The position numbers and the translations under genes are program-made. From the sequence record OK335775.1: 64,000 nt of DNA, one strand, 5' to 3'. Source of the stretch: Escherichia phage PSD2002. This document shows positions 24,076 to 33,416 of the stretch, piece after piece; the stretch's first letter is position 1, and every line of letters begins with the position of its first letter. Under the pieces are notes generated by a model. That model saw nothing but the letters and a program-made list of their open reading frames with translations. It had not been told where the DNA came from and did no database searches.

Positions 24076-24525
24076 ATGGCCTACTCAGGGAAATTTAAAC
24101 CTACAAACTTACAAAAATATAAAGGTGATTGGAAGAAAATCCAATATCGTTCCTCTTGGGAAGCATGGCTTATGCGTTGGCTTGACAACCATCCTAATGT
24201 CGTCCAGTGGAACTCGGAAGAGGTTGTGATTCCATATTTTAGTAACGCTGATGGAAAGAAACGTCGGTATTTTATGGACTTCTGGGTGAAGTTCGACAAT
24301 GGTCAACAATTCTTTTTCGAAGTCAAACCTTTTAAAGAGACCCATCCTCCAGCGGCGCCTGCTAAAATGACTACAGCTGCTAAAAAGAGATATATCAACG
24401 AACATTATACATGGAGTGTAAATAAAGATAAATGGAAAGCTGCTAAAGCTACAGCAGATAAAATGGGAATTAATTTCAGATTGATTACCGAAAACTCACT
24501 GAAAAAATTAGGATGGAAAGGATGA
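24076..24525 (+). CDS. 4: head completion protein gp4
   Basis: 149 aa (T4 gp4 150 aa); synteny 53/4/2/3/1. Confidence 0.75.
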   Translation: MAYSGKFKPTNLQKYKGDWKKIQYRSSWEAWLMRWLDNHPNVVQWNSEEVVIPYFSNADGKKRRYFMDFWVKFDNGQQFFFEVKPFKETHPPAAPAKMTTAAKKRYINEHYTWSVNKDKWKAAKATADKMGINFRLITENSLKKLGWKG

Positions 24526-25349
24526 GTATATTTTCTTACATCAACGAGGCTACTGAAACTACAAAAGGTTCCAAGCCTACTCGTTCAGAACAACAATGGA
24601 TAACTTTAGGCGTTGAATATGCCAACGCTAAGGCTAAAGGTGTTTCGGCTAAGAAATTCGCTGAAGATAAAGGCATCAAGTATTCTAGCTTTACATCTGC
24701 GATGTCTCGATACTCGAGTCGAATTAAAACTGCTGTACAGGTTGAAAAACTTCAGAAGAAACCTGGCAATAAATTAACCAAAGCCGAACGTCAATTAATT
24801 TTGGTGAATAGTTTTAGAAAGAGTATTCGCGATAAGATTGCTAACGAAGGCGCTGCCGTAAACAATAAATCAGCTAAATGGTTTACAGAAACATTAAAGA
24901 AAGGAATTCGTGGACACCAGGTATCTAAACCGTCTCCTGGTAAGCTTTATGCTTATATCTATGATGCCAAACATAAGGATACCCTACCATACTGGGACAA
25001 ATATCCTTTAATAATTTATCTTGGGTTAGGTAAGCATAATTTAATGTACGGACTGAACTTACACTATATTCCACCTAAAGCACGTCAGCAATTTCTGGAA
25101 GAATTGCTGAAGCAATACGCGAGTACGCCTACCATTACGAACTCGACTAAATTAAAAATCGATTGGAGTAAGGTAAAAGGATTCGCTGGCGCCGACGTGA
25201 TGATTAAGGCTTATATCCCTGGAAATATTAAGGGACCTTTAGTAGAGATAAAACCGTCTGATTGGGCTAATGTCGTAATGATGCCGCTCCAACAGTTCAT
25301 GTCTAAAGGCAAGCGTTATTCAGCTCAGAAAGTATGGAAGAATTCATAA
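24522..25349 (+). CDS. 2: DNA end protector protein gp2
   Basis: 275 aa from the ATG with better-spaced SD (T4 gp2 274 aa); synteny. Confidence 0.75.
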   Translation: MSIFSYINEATETTKGSKPTRSEQQWITLGVEYANAKAKGVSAKKFAEDKGIKYSSFTSAMSRYSSRIKTAVQVEKLQKKPGNKLTKAERQLILVNSFRKSIRDKIANEGAAVNNKSAKWFTETLKKGIRGHQVSKPSPGKLYAYIYDAKHKDTLPYWDKYPLIIYLGLGKHNLMYGLNLHYIPPKARQQFLEELLKQYASTPTITNSTKLKIDWSKVKGFAGADVMIKAYIPGNIKGPLVEIKPSDWANVVMMPLQQFMSKGKRYSAQKVWKNS

Positions 25350-25431
25350 TCTATTATCCCAGCCAGTTATTGAATGGAACAGACCTAGGACCATTATACA
25401 CTGTCTGGGACTTAAGCAATATAGGAACCCT

Positions 25432-26022
25432 ATGAACGGTTTATTTAACCAAACTAACACTACTAACTTTATCTTAGAGGTTAGTGACGCAGGAATGACG
25501 CAGGCATTCAAATTGAACGTACAAGATGTAACACTACCGGGTATCCATATTCCGGTCTCAGACGTCCCGGGATCGACCCAGGGCATACATCGTGCTAAGC
25601 TGCCAGGTTCTACGGTAGAATTCGATCCATTGATTGTGAACTTTCTTGTAGACCGTGAATTGAAATCATGGCTTGATGTTTATAAGTGGATGTTGTCATT
25701 AAACAACTATGTAACCCATGATTCAGAAGCCTGGCACCCTAAAGGACAACCGGAAGCTATCACCCTCCACATCCTTGATAACAACAAACAAAAAATCGTA
25801 ATGAGCATTCATTACTACGGTGGTTGGCCATCTGACCTCTCGGAAATCCAGTACTCTTATAAAGAGGATTCTGACCCGGCGATAATCGCCACAGCAACAT
25901 TCAACTTCAAATCGTTTGCTGTAGAAATAGATGGTACAATAGTTACAGGTCGTCCACAAATTGATTCGTATGCCGAACAACGAGTGGCTCGTATGTCTAT
26001 GCATCCATCTATGAGAAAATAA
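25432..26022 (+). CDS. 3: tail completion / tail tube terminator gp3
   Basis: 196 aa; synteny between genes 2 and 1; SD AGGAA. Confidence 0.7.
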   Translation: MNGLFNQTNTTNFILEVSDAGMTQAFKLNVQDVTLPGIHIPVSDVPGSTQGIHRAKLPGSTVEFDPLIVNFLVDRELKSWLDVYKWMLSLNNYVTHDSEAWHPKGQPEAITLHILDNNKQKIVMSIHYYGGWPSDLSEIQYSYKEDSDPAIIATATFNFKSFAVEIDGTIVTGRPQIDSYAEQRVARMSMHPSMRK

Positions 26023-26772
26023 TGAAACTAATATCAATTGTAGGAATCAAACGTAGCGGTAAGGATACCGTTGCTAACTATGTAATCGAAAATATGGATT
26101 CGGTAAAATTTCAGCTCGCAGGTCCTATTAAAAAGTATCTGGCTGAAGCCTATGAATACATCTCTGATGACCCTGTATTCGACCGTAGTTACATGCCTAA
26201 ACTAGATTTTAACTGTTTTGAAGGTATCGGTTACGACCGTGAAGAAATCCTTCCTTTAAAACCAGATGATGTGATTGATATCTTTGAACATGCTATTGTC
26301 AAACTGAATAATATCCTTCCTATTCCAGGAATTGATACCGTAACTACGTATCATTATGGTCCTACCATTCAATATCTGTCTGAAGAAACAAAAGACCAAC
26401 TGTTTGAAGTAATAAATAAAAATAACAATTGGTCAGTACGTCGTCTCATGCAGACCCTTGGGACTGATATTATTGTTAACCAATTTGATAAGATGTATTG
26501 GGTTAAGTTGTTCGCTTTAGACTATTTTGATAAAATATACTCTGATGCGAAATACTATGTCGTACCTGATGTTCGTCAAACACACGAAATTGATTCGCTC
26601 AGAGCGATGGGTGCTACGATTATTCATGTAGTTCGCGCTGAAACCGGTCAAGTACAAGACTCGCACATCACTGAAGCGGGTCTACCAATTTTACCCGGTG
26701 ACGTTGTTATTGAAAATAACGGCACTCTTTCTGAACTATACACCACTATTGATAAATTATTAGGAAATAAAA

Positions 26773-26780
<8 letters not shown>
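26022..26780 (+). CDS. 1: deoxynucleoside monophosphate kinase
   Basis: MKLISIVGIKRSGKDT...WSVRRLMQTLGTDIIVNQFDKMYWVKLFALDY...MGATIIHVVR matches recalled T4 gp1. Confidence 0.92.
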
Positions 26781-27473
<693 letters not shown>

Positions 27474-27480
27474 GAACAAA

Positions 27481-27810
27481 ATGAAAACATATAACGAATT
27501 TGTACAAACTGAAGCAATTAATGAAGTAGCCATCCCTAAACCGGCTAAAGCTGACGGTACTGAGTACTACCATATTGAAACATCTTTTGATGCAGCTTCA
27601 GATATGGCTAACGGGCTTGGTGATTTCATCCGTCAAGCTAAGTCCGACCTGGCTAAATTTACAAAGACCCTTGATAAAGAGCAAAAGAAACCTTTCTCGG
27701 ATCTGGCTAAAAAACTGGACGCGTTAAATGACAAGGTCTTTAAAGAAGTTTACCACGGTATGATTGGTCTTACCCGTGAATTCAATGCTGAAGTTAAAAA
27801 ACTTCCCTAA
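27481..27810 (+). CDS. ipI: internal protein with capsid-targeting leader (ipI locus)
   Basis: Begins MKTYNEFVQTE, the T4 internal-protein capsid targeting sequence (CTS); position after 57B as T4 ipI. Confidence 0.65.
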   Translation: MKTYNEFVQTEAINEVAIPKPAKADGTEYYHIETSFDAASDMANGLGDFIRQAKSDLAKFTKTLDKEQKKPFSDLAKKLDALNDKVFKEVYHGMIGLTREFNAEVKKLP

Positions 27811-27818
27811 GTACAGAT

Positions 27819-27841
27819 AAGGAGCCACAAAGCTCCTTTTT
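27819..27841 (+). terminator. rho-independent terminator after ipI
   Basis: AAGGAGC-cacaaa-GCTCCTT followed by TTTT. Confidence 0.7.
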
Positions 27842-27858
27842 GTATCTAAACAAAAGGT

Positions 27859-27905
27859 GTTTACTTTCCTGGATAGCCGTGATACTATAGCCCTATCAAA
27901 ACAAA
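27859..27905 (+). promoter_or_regulatory. early promoter cassette (PeSL-like): GTTTAC -35, TGATACTAT extended -10, CCTATCAA
   Basis: GTTTAC 27859-27864, 18-nt spacer, TACTAT 27883-27888; member of the reiterated cassette family. Confidence 0.6.
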
Positions 27906-27925
27906 CTAACCAAACGGAAATCAAA

Positions 27926-28150
27926 ATGAAAACTTATCAAGAATTTATTACCGAAGCTAAAAGACATGAAGATGAACTGCCAATTGTTACAAAAACCTTT
28001 GATGGCACACTGGCTGATTTTAAAAAAGTCCCTAGTGATAAGCTTGCTAAATTGACTGGCTCTATCAATGAAAAAGGTGGCAAGGTCACATTTTCTGCTC
28101 AAGGCACTGCCAATCTTAAAAAACTTTTGAAAGCCGCAGGCGTAGAATAA
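27926..28150 (+). CDS. CTS-bearing small protein (predicted capsid-packaged internal protein)
   Basis: Starts MKTYQEFITEAK; 74 aa; ipI hyperplastic locus. Confidence 0.6.
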   Translation: MKTYQEFITEAKRHEDELPIVTKTFDGTLADFKKVPSDKLAKLTGSINEKGGKVTFSAQGTANLKKLLKAAGVE

Positions 28151-28151
28151 A

Positions 28152-28424
28152 ATGAAATCATACCAAGAATTTATCGCTGAATCTATTCTTAATGAAGAAG
28201 TAAAAATTAACAAATCTGTTAAGACCATGATTGATAATATAAATCATCTCTATAACATCGATTTGACTAATCACGTAACTTTAGGCAATAAGCGAAACTT
28301 TTTTGTATTTGATACTTCAGAACTTGACCAGAATCAAATTAACAATATTGAACGTTTTGCTAATGAAAAAGGGCTGCGCCACGAGACAGCCGGTTATAAA
28401 AAGTATGCAATTTATTTAAAATAA
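28152..28424 (+). CDS. CTS-bearing small protein (predicted capsid-packaged internal protein)
   Basis: Starts MKSYQEFIAESI; 90 aa. Confidence 0.6.
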   Translation: MKSYQEFIAESILNEEVKINKSVKTMIDNINHLYNIDLTNHVTLGNKRNFFVFDTSELDQNQINNIERFANEKGLRHETAGYKKYAIYLK

Positions 28425-28426
28425 TT

Positions 28427-28475
28427 GTTTACAACGGGCTTTAGCCGTGATACTATAGCCCTATCAAAACAAATG
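28427..28475 (+). promoter_or_regulatory. early promoter cassette (PeSL-like)
   Basis: GTTTAC 28427-28432; TGATACTATAGCCCTATCAA; SD GGAGA before ATG 28493. Confidence 0.6.
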
Positions 28476-28492
28476 AGTGAATGGAGAATAAA

Positions 28493-28678
28493 ATGAAACG
28501 TTGTGAATTAATTAGAAATGTTACTGCACTGGCCGCTGTTACTGCTTTTGGCTTTAGTATGTTTGCAGGATTCATGCTCGATATGCTTTCAACTTCCGAG
28601 AATATAATCTCTTTAGTAGTGGCATTTTTAATTGGTTCAATTTCTTTTGTTATGGATAAAATCTCTAAAGGTGAGTAA
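28493..28678 (+). CDS. small hydrophobic (membrane) protein
   Basis: Start trimmed to ATG after SD GGAGA; hydrophobic stretches. Confidence 0.5.
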   Translation: MKRCELIRNVTALAAVTAFGFSMFAGFMLDMLSTSENIISLVVAFLIGSISFVMDKISKGE

Positions 28679-28679
28679 A

Positions 28680-29060
28680 ATGTATAAAGTGTATGCAGAT
28701 TATCAGGCAAATCCATCTGAAAAACCAGATTGTCAAATTGGGTGGGCACACGACACCCTGCTTAAGGCGGTAGATAAAGCCCAGGAATTAGGGTATAGTT
28801 ATGTGGATATTGTTCAACCCAATGGGACCGTTATTACACTTGAAGAATTCAAGAATATCAAAACAAACTTTTTGCTCTTTGCGGGTGATAACTATTACCC
28901 TCGTGGCGGTTATGCCGACTTAATCGCAAAGGCCGCTACTGAAGATGAACTGCGCGATATCATTAAAGAAAATGAGAATAACCCTCTTTACGGTTCTAAT
29001 CGTTTTGACTGGTGGCAGATTGTTAATGCCAATACCCATACTATTGTAGACGAGGGTTAA
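28680..29060 (+). CDS. hypothetical protein
   Basis: ORF from MYKVYADYQ (start trimmed to ATG after SD GGTGAG). Confidence 0.5.
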   Translation: MYKVYADYQANPSEKPDCQIGWAHDTLLKAVDKAQELGYSYVDIVQPNGTVITLEEFKNIKTNFLLFAGDNYYPRGGYADLIAKAATEDELRDIIKENENNPLYGSNRFDWWQIVNANTHTIVDEG

Positions 29061-29351
29061 ATGTTATACGTTAAGGTTACTAATCCAGAGAATGGATATA
29101 ATTCAGACCAGGTTGCAGCAGAGCTACTGATTCGCAACTTTGGCAAAGGTGCTGTGCTTGATGTCCAACAGGTTAATATTGGTCGTAGTTCAAGCGACGT
29201 TAAACTAAAAGTTAACGGTCGCCGTTATAATTCTGTTAACTTTACTTTCTACACCGCAACTGAAAACGGGTTGGTCGAATACGACATCTTTAAAAATCCT
29301 TTGAAGATTGCTTCTATTAAACTTGATTACATTAATATGTGGCCACAATGA
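29061..29351 (+). CDS. hypothetical protein
   Basis: 96-aa ORF, ATGA-style junction with preceding gene. Confidence 0.5.
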   Translation: MLYVKVTNPENGYNSDQVAAELLIRNFGKGAVLDVQQVNIGRSSSDVKLKVNGRRYNSVNFTFYTATENGLVEYDIFKNPLKIASIKLDYINMWPQ

Positions 29352-29525
29352 ACCAAATTTGACCAGACTATTCCTAAAAATAGTAATATGCTTTAAGAGT
29401 AATGTGTTATTATTACTCTATCATTAATACCCTCTATTACCAAAGGTTCTTCCCTCAAAGAACCTTTCATAATAGACAAGGTCTATTAATCAAACTTACT
29501 TTACTTAATTTTATTTGAGGTGTTT

Positions 29526-29792
29526 ATGTTAGTATTAAAATTAGCTTTTTATGACCCGGCAACCAAGACAACAACAACCAAACGTTGTTCTATTTCATAT
29601 GAATGTCAATTTGGTGAAGTTGAGACCGACGGCGGGCCCTTTATGGCAATTGCCGATAGCACATTCGCTAAACCAAAAATAATTCCACTAGTTAACGCTG
29701 CGGCTTATCTGGTTGCTCCTGAAGAAATGACTTATCACACAATTCAGCACATGGCTAAAGATGATAATGCTCCTGCTGGATTTGTAGTTTAA
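29526..29792 (+). CDS. hypothetical protein
   Basis: ORF with SD GAGGT 5 nt upstream of ATG 29526; immediately precedes tRNA genes. Confidence 0.45.
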   Translation: MLVLKLAFYDPATKTTTTKRCSISYECQFGEVETDGGPFMAIADSTFAKPKIIPLVNAAAYLVAPEEMTYHTIQHMAKDDNAPAGFVV

Positions 29793-29797
29793 ATTAA

Positions 29798-29874
29798 GGC
29801 CCTGTAGCTCAATGGTTAGCAGCAGTCCCCTCATAAGGGAAAGGTTACCAGTTCAAATCTGGTCCGGGTCACCA
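29798..29874 (+). tRNA. tRNA, anticodon CAU (Met, or Ile if lysidine-modified)
   Basis: Hand-folded cloverleaf: acceptor GGCCCTG/CCGGGTC, D-loop AATGGTTAG, anticodon loop CU-CAU-AA, T-arm ACCAG-TTCAAAT-CTGGT, encoded CCA. Confidence 0.7.
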
Positions 29875-29879
29875 ACTAT

Positions 29880-29954
29880 GTCCCGCTGGTGTAATGGATA
29901 GCATACGATCCTTCTAAGTTTGCGGTCCTGGTTCGATCCCAGGGCGGGATACCA
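29880..29954 (+). tRNA. tRNA-Arg (anticodon UCU)
   Basis: Hand-folded: acceptor GTCCCGC/GCGGGAT, anticodon loop CU-UCU-AA, T-arm CCTGG-TTCGATC-CCAGG, encoded CCA; T4 also encodes tRNA-Arg(UCU). Confidence 0.75.
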
Positions 29955-30335
29955 AATGAAGACTATTATATAGTCAAGCCGTCGTATGAAGACTGATTAC
30001 CAGCATTCACCGGCGCAACAAACAAGAAACCGGGTCGCTACCGGTAAGTCGTCGGACTGATGTTCCCTGAGTAAGGACTGGCATTAACAAATCTTTACGA
30101 TCTGTTAACGTTCCCTTACATCACAGCAGAAACGGCGCACCGAATTATCGATTCGAGGAAATATCTTTGCCGTAAGCCGAGTAGCGTTTTTGACGGAACG
30201 TTCGGATATGGTCGAGATATGGCCTTTTAAAAATATTGAGTGGCGTCAACTACTTAATAACCGGGTTCGAATCCCGGCGTTTCGTACAAACACTTGCCTA
30301 GCAGGTGGAACCCCGACAAGGTTACCCTAGGTTAA
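29955..30335 (+). ncRNA. candidate structured stable RNA(s) downstream of tRNAs (contains an orphan tRNA-like T-arm)
   Basis: About 380 nt with no ORF of 60 aa or more in a gene-dense genome; perfect T-arm CCGGG-TTCGAAT-CCCGG at 30261-30277; ends at a terminator; T4 has stable RNAs C/D in its tRNA region. Confidence 0.3.
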
Positions 30336-30364
30336 AGGCCCTTCCGAAAGGTTGGGCTTTTTTT
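30336..30364 (+). terminator. rho-independent terminator (copy 1 of a duplicated terminator)
   Basis: GGCCC-ttCC-GAAA-GGtt-GGGC followed by TTTTTTT. Confidence 0.7.
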
Positions 30365-30399
30365 GTATAAATATGTAGTAAACTAACTTAGGAAATAAT

Positions 30400-30864
30400 A
30401 TGAAAACTTACAATGAATTTTTGACTGAACAATCTAGTTCAGATGTAAAAGCCGCTGCTATTGCAGCAATTCAAGCAGGTAAATATTCTTACAAAGACGC
30501 CTCTGATGAAGAACGTTTCCGTTTTATTAAAGATTTTAAAGCCGAAGGTTTTACTAATGCTAATACTGTTAGCCGAGTTTTTAAAAGCCTAGCTGCATCA
30601 GGTGAATTGTTCCAGAAAGCTACAGGTAAAGCACCTGCGTCAAAAGCGGACCCTAAAGCCGCTCAAGAAAAAAATATCGCCAAAGGAATTATTTCTAAGT
30701 ATGAAGCAATTCTTAAAGAGCTTTTAGTAATCAAAACAGAAGGCCAGAAACTGGCACGAGCACATAGCTTCAAAGATAATCCACATGCTCACGACTTAGA
30801 GTATGTTGAAGATATTCAGAAAATCATCAAAGACCGTATCTGGTCTGCTAAACAAATCAAATAA
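30400..30864 (+). CDS. CTS-bearing protein (predicted capsid-packaged internal protein)
   Basis: Starts MKTYNEFLTEQ; 154 aa, Lys/Ala-rich. Confidence 0.6.
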   Translation: MKTYNEFLTEQSSSDVKAAAIAAIQAGKYSYKDASDEERFRFIKDFKAEGFTNANTVSRVFKSLAASGELFQKATGKAPASKADPKAAQEKNIAKGIISKYEAILKELLVIKTEGQKLARAHSFKDNPHAHDLEYVEDIQKIIKDRIWSAKQIK

Positions 30865-30867
30865 CGA

Positions 30868-30888
30868 AAGCCCCAGATGGGGCTTTTT
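30868..30888 (+). terminator. rho-independent terminator
   Basis: AGCCCC-agat-GGGGCT followed by TTTT. Confidence 0.7.
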
Positions 30889-30978
30889 GGTTAACTTAGA
30901 GAAATATATGAAACTTTTAAAATAAAGCTATGTTAGCCTTCCACATAAACCCATTCCGGTTCTACAAGAACTGATTCT

Positions 30979-31007
30979 AGGCCCTTCCGAAAGGTTGGGC
31001 CTTTTTT
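30979..31007 (+). terminator. rho-independent terminator (copy 2, near-identical to 30336-30364)
   Basis: AGGCCC-ttccgaaaggtt-GGGCCT followed by TTTTTT. Confidence 0.7.
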
Positions 31008-31029
31008 GTTTCTAAAAAGTTTAAAAAGT

Positions 31030-31078
31030 TGTTTACACCTCCTTTAAACATGATACTATAGACCTATCAAAACAACAG
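31030..31078 (+). promoter_or_regulatory. early promoter cassette (PeSL-like)
   Basis: GTTTAC 31030-31035, 17-nt spacer, TGATACTATAGACCTATCAA, SD GGAGAG. Confidence 0.6.
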
Positions 31079-31094
31079 AGTGAAGGAGAGTAAA

Positions 31095-31358
31095 ATGGAT
31101 AATTATGGTGAATTGTTTAATTTCTTTATGAAATGCGTTCCGGAAGAATTTGGTGCTACAGTTAACGATATTAAAGTTATCGGTCCTGAACACCCGGTGT
31201 ATGAAACCTATGCAGTAATGGGTAATGAAGATGGACAGTGGTATACAATTAAAGTTGTGATTAATATGTTCTCAGCTGAAGGTTACGCCAAATCGTCTAC
31301 CAAAGTTTACCATGGTAATGATTTTGATGCAGAAAATTATTTCAATAATATGAAATAA
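31095..31358 (+). CDS. hypothetical protein
   Basis: ORF from MDNYGELFNFF after SD; 87 aa. Confidence 0.5.
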   Translation: MDNYGELFNFFMKCVPEEFGATVNDIKVIGPEHPVYETYAVMGNEDGQWYTIKVVINMFSAEGYAKSSTKVYHGNDFDAENYFNNMK

Positions 31359-31416
31359 AACGTTTACATGGGCTCATGATTAAGATATTATGAGCCCATA
31401 ATTTGAGGAGAACATA

Positions 31417-31815
31417 ATGAATATCGAAGATAAAGAAATGCAAGAGTTGTATAATTCATTAACACCTGAACAACAAAAATATGCCAAAGAACTAGAGAAA
31501 GCTCTTACTTTCAACTTGGCAAAAACTGATTGGGCCGCGATGTATGAAGAAAAAACTAGATTAGAAATTGAAGCTGCTGAGAGAAATGAATGGGTTGTCG
31601 AAACCAAGATTTCTGATGGTGGTTGCTCTGTTGAGGTGTCAGCTGTAGTTAAAGGTACCCATGGCGAAAAATCATGGGGCTGGCATAATGAAGCAAACAA
31701 ATGTATTGTTCTCTCAACGTCAAAAACTTATGGGCAAAGGGCTCCTGTATCCAAAGCTATTATTAAGCAAGCTCAATGGGAAGCCAATGAAATTTGCCTC
31801 GCAAAAATGAAATAA
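31417..31815 (+). CDS. hypothetical protein
   Basis: 132-aa ORF with SD GAGGAG; preceded by 10-bp perfect inverted repeat ATGGGCTCAT...ATGAGCCCAT (31368-31399). Confidence 0.5.
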   Translation: MNIEDKEMQELYNSLTPEQQKYAKELEKALTFNLAKTDWAAMYEEKTRLEIEAAERNEWVVETKISDGGCSVEVSAVVKGTHGEKSWGWHNEANKCIVLSTSKTYGQRAPVSKAIIKQAQWEANEICLAKMK

Positions 31816-31819
31816 AAAT

Positions 31820-31860
31820 GTTTACAACCCTCAGAGGACAGGGTATAATGTCCTCATGGA
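31820..31860 (+). promoter_or_regulatory. early promoter (GTTTAC -35, GGTATAAT -10) with inverted repeat GAGGACA/TGTCCTC flanking the -10
   Basis: GTTTAC 31820-31825; TATAAT 31844-31849; 18-nt spacing. Confidence 0.55.
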
Positions 31861-31891
31861 TTATAAATCTTAATCAACTGAAGGAAATACT

Positions 31892-32485
31892 ATGAACACT
31901 TTAAAGAAAATCGTTGAATTCATCCGTTCTAAACTGGGTACCGCAATGACTCAGAACCTGTCAATCGAAGACCAATACACCAAAGCGGCTTCTACCCTGA
32001 TTGATAAAATCACTGAACTCCAGACTGCTCATGTTAAGTCTGTGAATGAAGAAAAACGTATTCGTGCTTTGGCTAATGAAAAAGACCAGCTCGCTGCTTC
32101 TAAAGAACGTGAAATTCGTAAACTGATTGCCGAAGGCTCTGATGTCCAGGTACATGCTAAACTCGGCCTCCTTTATCGTCGTACGGCTACTCAACTTCGT
32201 AAGAAAGCTGATGATTATGTTGAAATGCGTAATGAAATTAAACTGAAGGTTAAGGAACTTGATGACTCTCGTCAGGAACTGGCTGTTAAGCTCGAGTACA
32301 TCCGTGAAACTCGTAATATGGCTGCCCTTGGTATTGCTACTGCCGATGATGTTGTTGAAATCGCTGCACTGACTAAGATTGATATTGAAGACACCCTACT
32401 GCGTGTAGAAACGTTTAAAGGCCCACAAGTTGGAATGGATACGACTTCTGCCGATATCGAAGACTACATTAATTCACTTAAGTAA
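31892..32485 (+). CDS. coiled-coil protein, possibly PspA/IM30-like
   Basis: 197 aa, largely heptad/helical (…[15 protein letters not shown]…[24 protein letters not shown]…); resemblance to PspA is by eye only. Confidence 0.5.
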   Translation: MNTLKKIVEFIRSKLGTAMTQNLSIEDQYTKAASTLIDKITELQTAHVKSVNEEKRIRALANEKDQLAASKEREIRKLIAEGSDVQVHAKLGLLYRRTATQLRKKADDYVEMRNEIKLKVKELDDSRQELAVKLEYIRETRNMAALGIATADDVVEIAALTKIDIEDTLLRVETFKGPQVGMDTTSADIEDYINSLK

Positions 32486-32492
32486 TGTTACC

Positions 32493-32515
32493 GGGAGACT
32501 TCGGTCTCCCTATTT
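32493..32515 (+). terminator. rho-independent terminator
   Basis: GGGAGAC-ttcg-GTCTCCC followed by TATTT. Confidence 0.65.
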
Positions 32516-32533
32516 GGAGGAGAGGAGAATATT

Positions 32534-33070
32534 ATGAGTTTATATGATAACCTTATATCAAATATTGATTGGTTTAAAAATAGTGGTCTTTCCCATGAAA
32601 CCAATTCAGTTCTTTATAGAATTCGCCAAGACCTAGGCTATTCAAACGATTTCTTAAGCAGAACATCTAGCCGTGGGCATACTACCAAATTACCCTTTAT
32701 CTTTGCTTTAGCTGAGGACCTTTCTTTTGCAGATGCTTTAGAAATTATTGACCTTGAATTAGGTATACAACGTGTGGAGTTCGCTGGGCTACGCTATTCA
32801 GTATACTCTTTAAATGAACCAAGCGATTATAAACAGCTTGTTGATGCCGACGATGATTACCATTTAGTATGCTATTTGATGTTAGAAAATGGTGACCACT
32901 TTGGTATGGTCGACCGCCGCCCGAGTTATTCGGATATTAAAAATTACGATAAAGATGAGCTTATTATTTTAGCCAATGAGTATACATCAGAGATTCGTAA
33001 ACAACAACGTAAACTTAATCGTTTTATTACTGAATGTCGCGAATACGCTAAAGAGGTTCAAAATGCATAA
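32534..33070 (+). CDS. hypothetical protein
   Basis: 178-aa ORF; C-terminal ...RFITECREYAKEV shares junction motif with two downstream genes. Confidence 0.5.
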   Translation: MSLYDNLISNIDWFKNSGLSHETNSVLYRIRQDLGYSNDFLSRTSSRGHTTKLPFIFALAEDLSFADALEIIDLELGIQRVEFAGLRYSVYSLNEPSDYKQLVDADDDYHLVCYLMLENGDHFGMVDRRPSYSDIKNYDKDELIILANEYTSEIRKQQRKLNRFITECREYAKEVQNA

Positions 33071-33416
33071 GCCTAGTAAAACCGACCCTGGTTACGCATT
33101 AGCAGATTATGATATAGCTATTTCCTTATTCCTCGGCATTGCTACTAGTATGACTGCAGGGATAATTGGATTTCTTGTCGGTGGGATTATTAATGGTATG
33201 CCTCGCCATCCGTTTGAAGATATGAGCCTTGCATGGATTTGGGTTCCGGCTTTAATAGGATTTTTTATCCCATGGGTCTTTGATATTGCCCAAACTAATA
33301 AAATAAACAAGCCACGTAAAAAGAGATATGCTTTAGCTATGGCTAATTATAATGAGTATGTAAAACAAACTAAACGTAATGACCTTGAAACCTTTATTAA
33401 GGAATGTAAATCATGA
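33063..33416 (+). CDS. small membrane protein (two predicted TM helices), C-terminus ...FIKECKS
   Basis: ORF from MHKPSKTDP; hydrophobic segments; paralogous C-terminal half to 37287-37874. Confidence 0.5.
   Translation: MHKPSKTDPGYALADYDIAISLFLGIATSMTAGIIGFLVGGIINGMPRHPFEDMSLAWIWVPALIGFFIPWVFDIAQTNKINKPRKKRYALAMANYNEYVKQTKRNDLETFIKECKS

Noticed and set aside
30196-30290. Possible third tRNA (perfect T-arm CCGGG-TTCGAAT-CCCGG with partly pairing acceptor stem)
   Set aside because: No convincing D-arm or 7-nt anticodon loop could be folded and no encoded CCA; kept only as a tRNA-like element within a candidate stable-RNA region.
31380-31700. 106-aa minus-strand ORF in the plus-strand early region
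   Set aside because: Overlaps the plus-strand ORF 31417-31815 antisense, with no promoter or SD; the whole early region is otherwise transcribed rightward.
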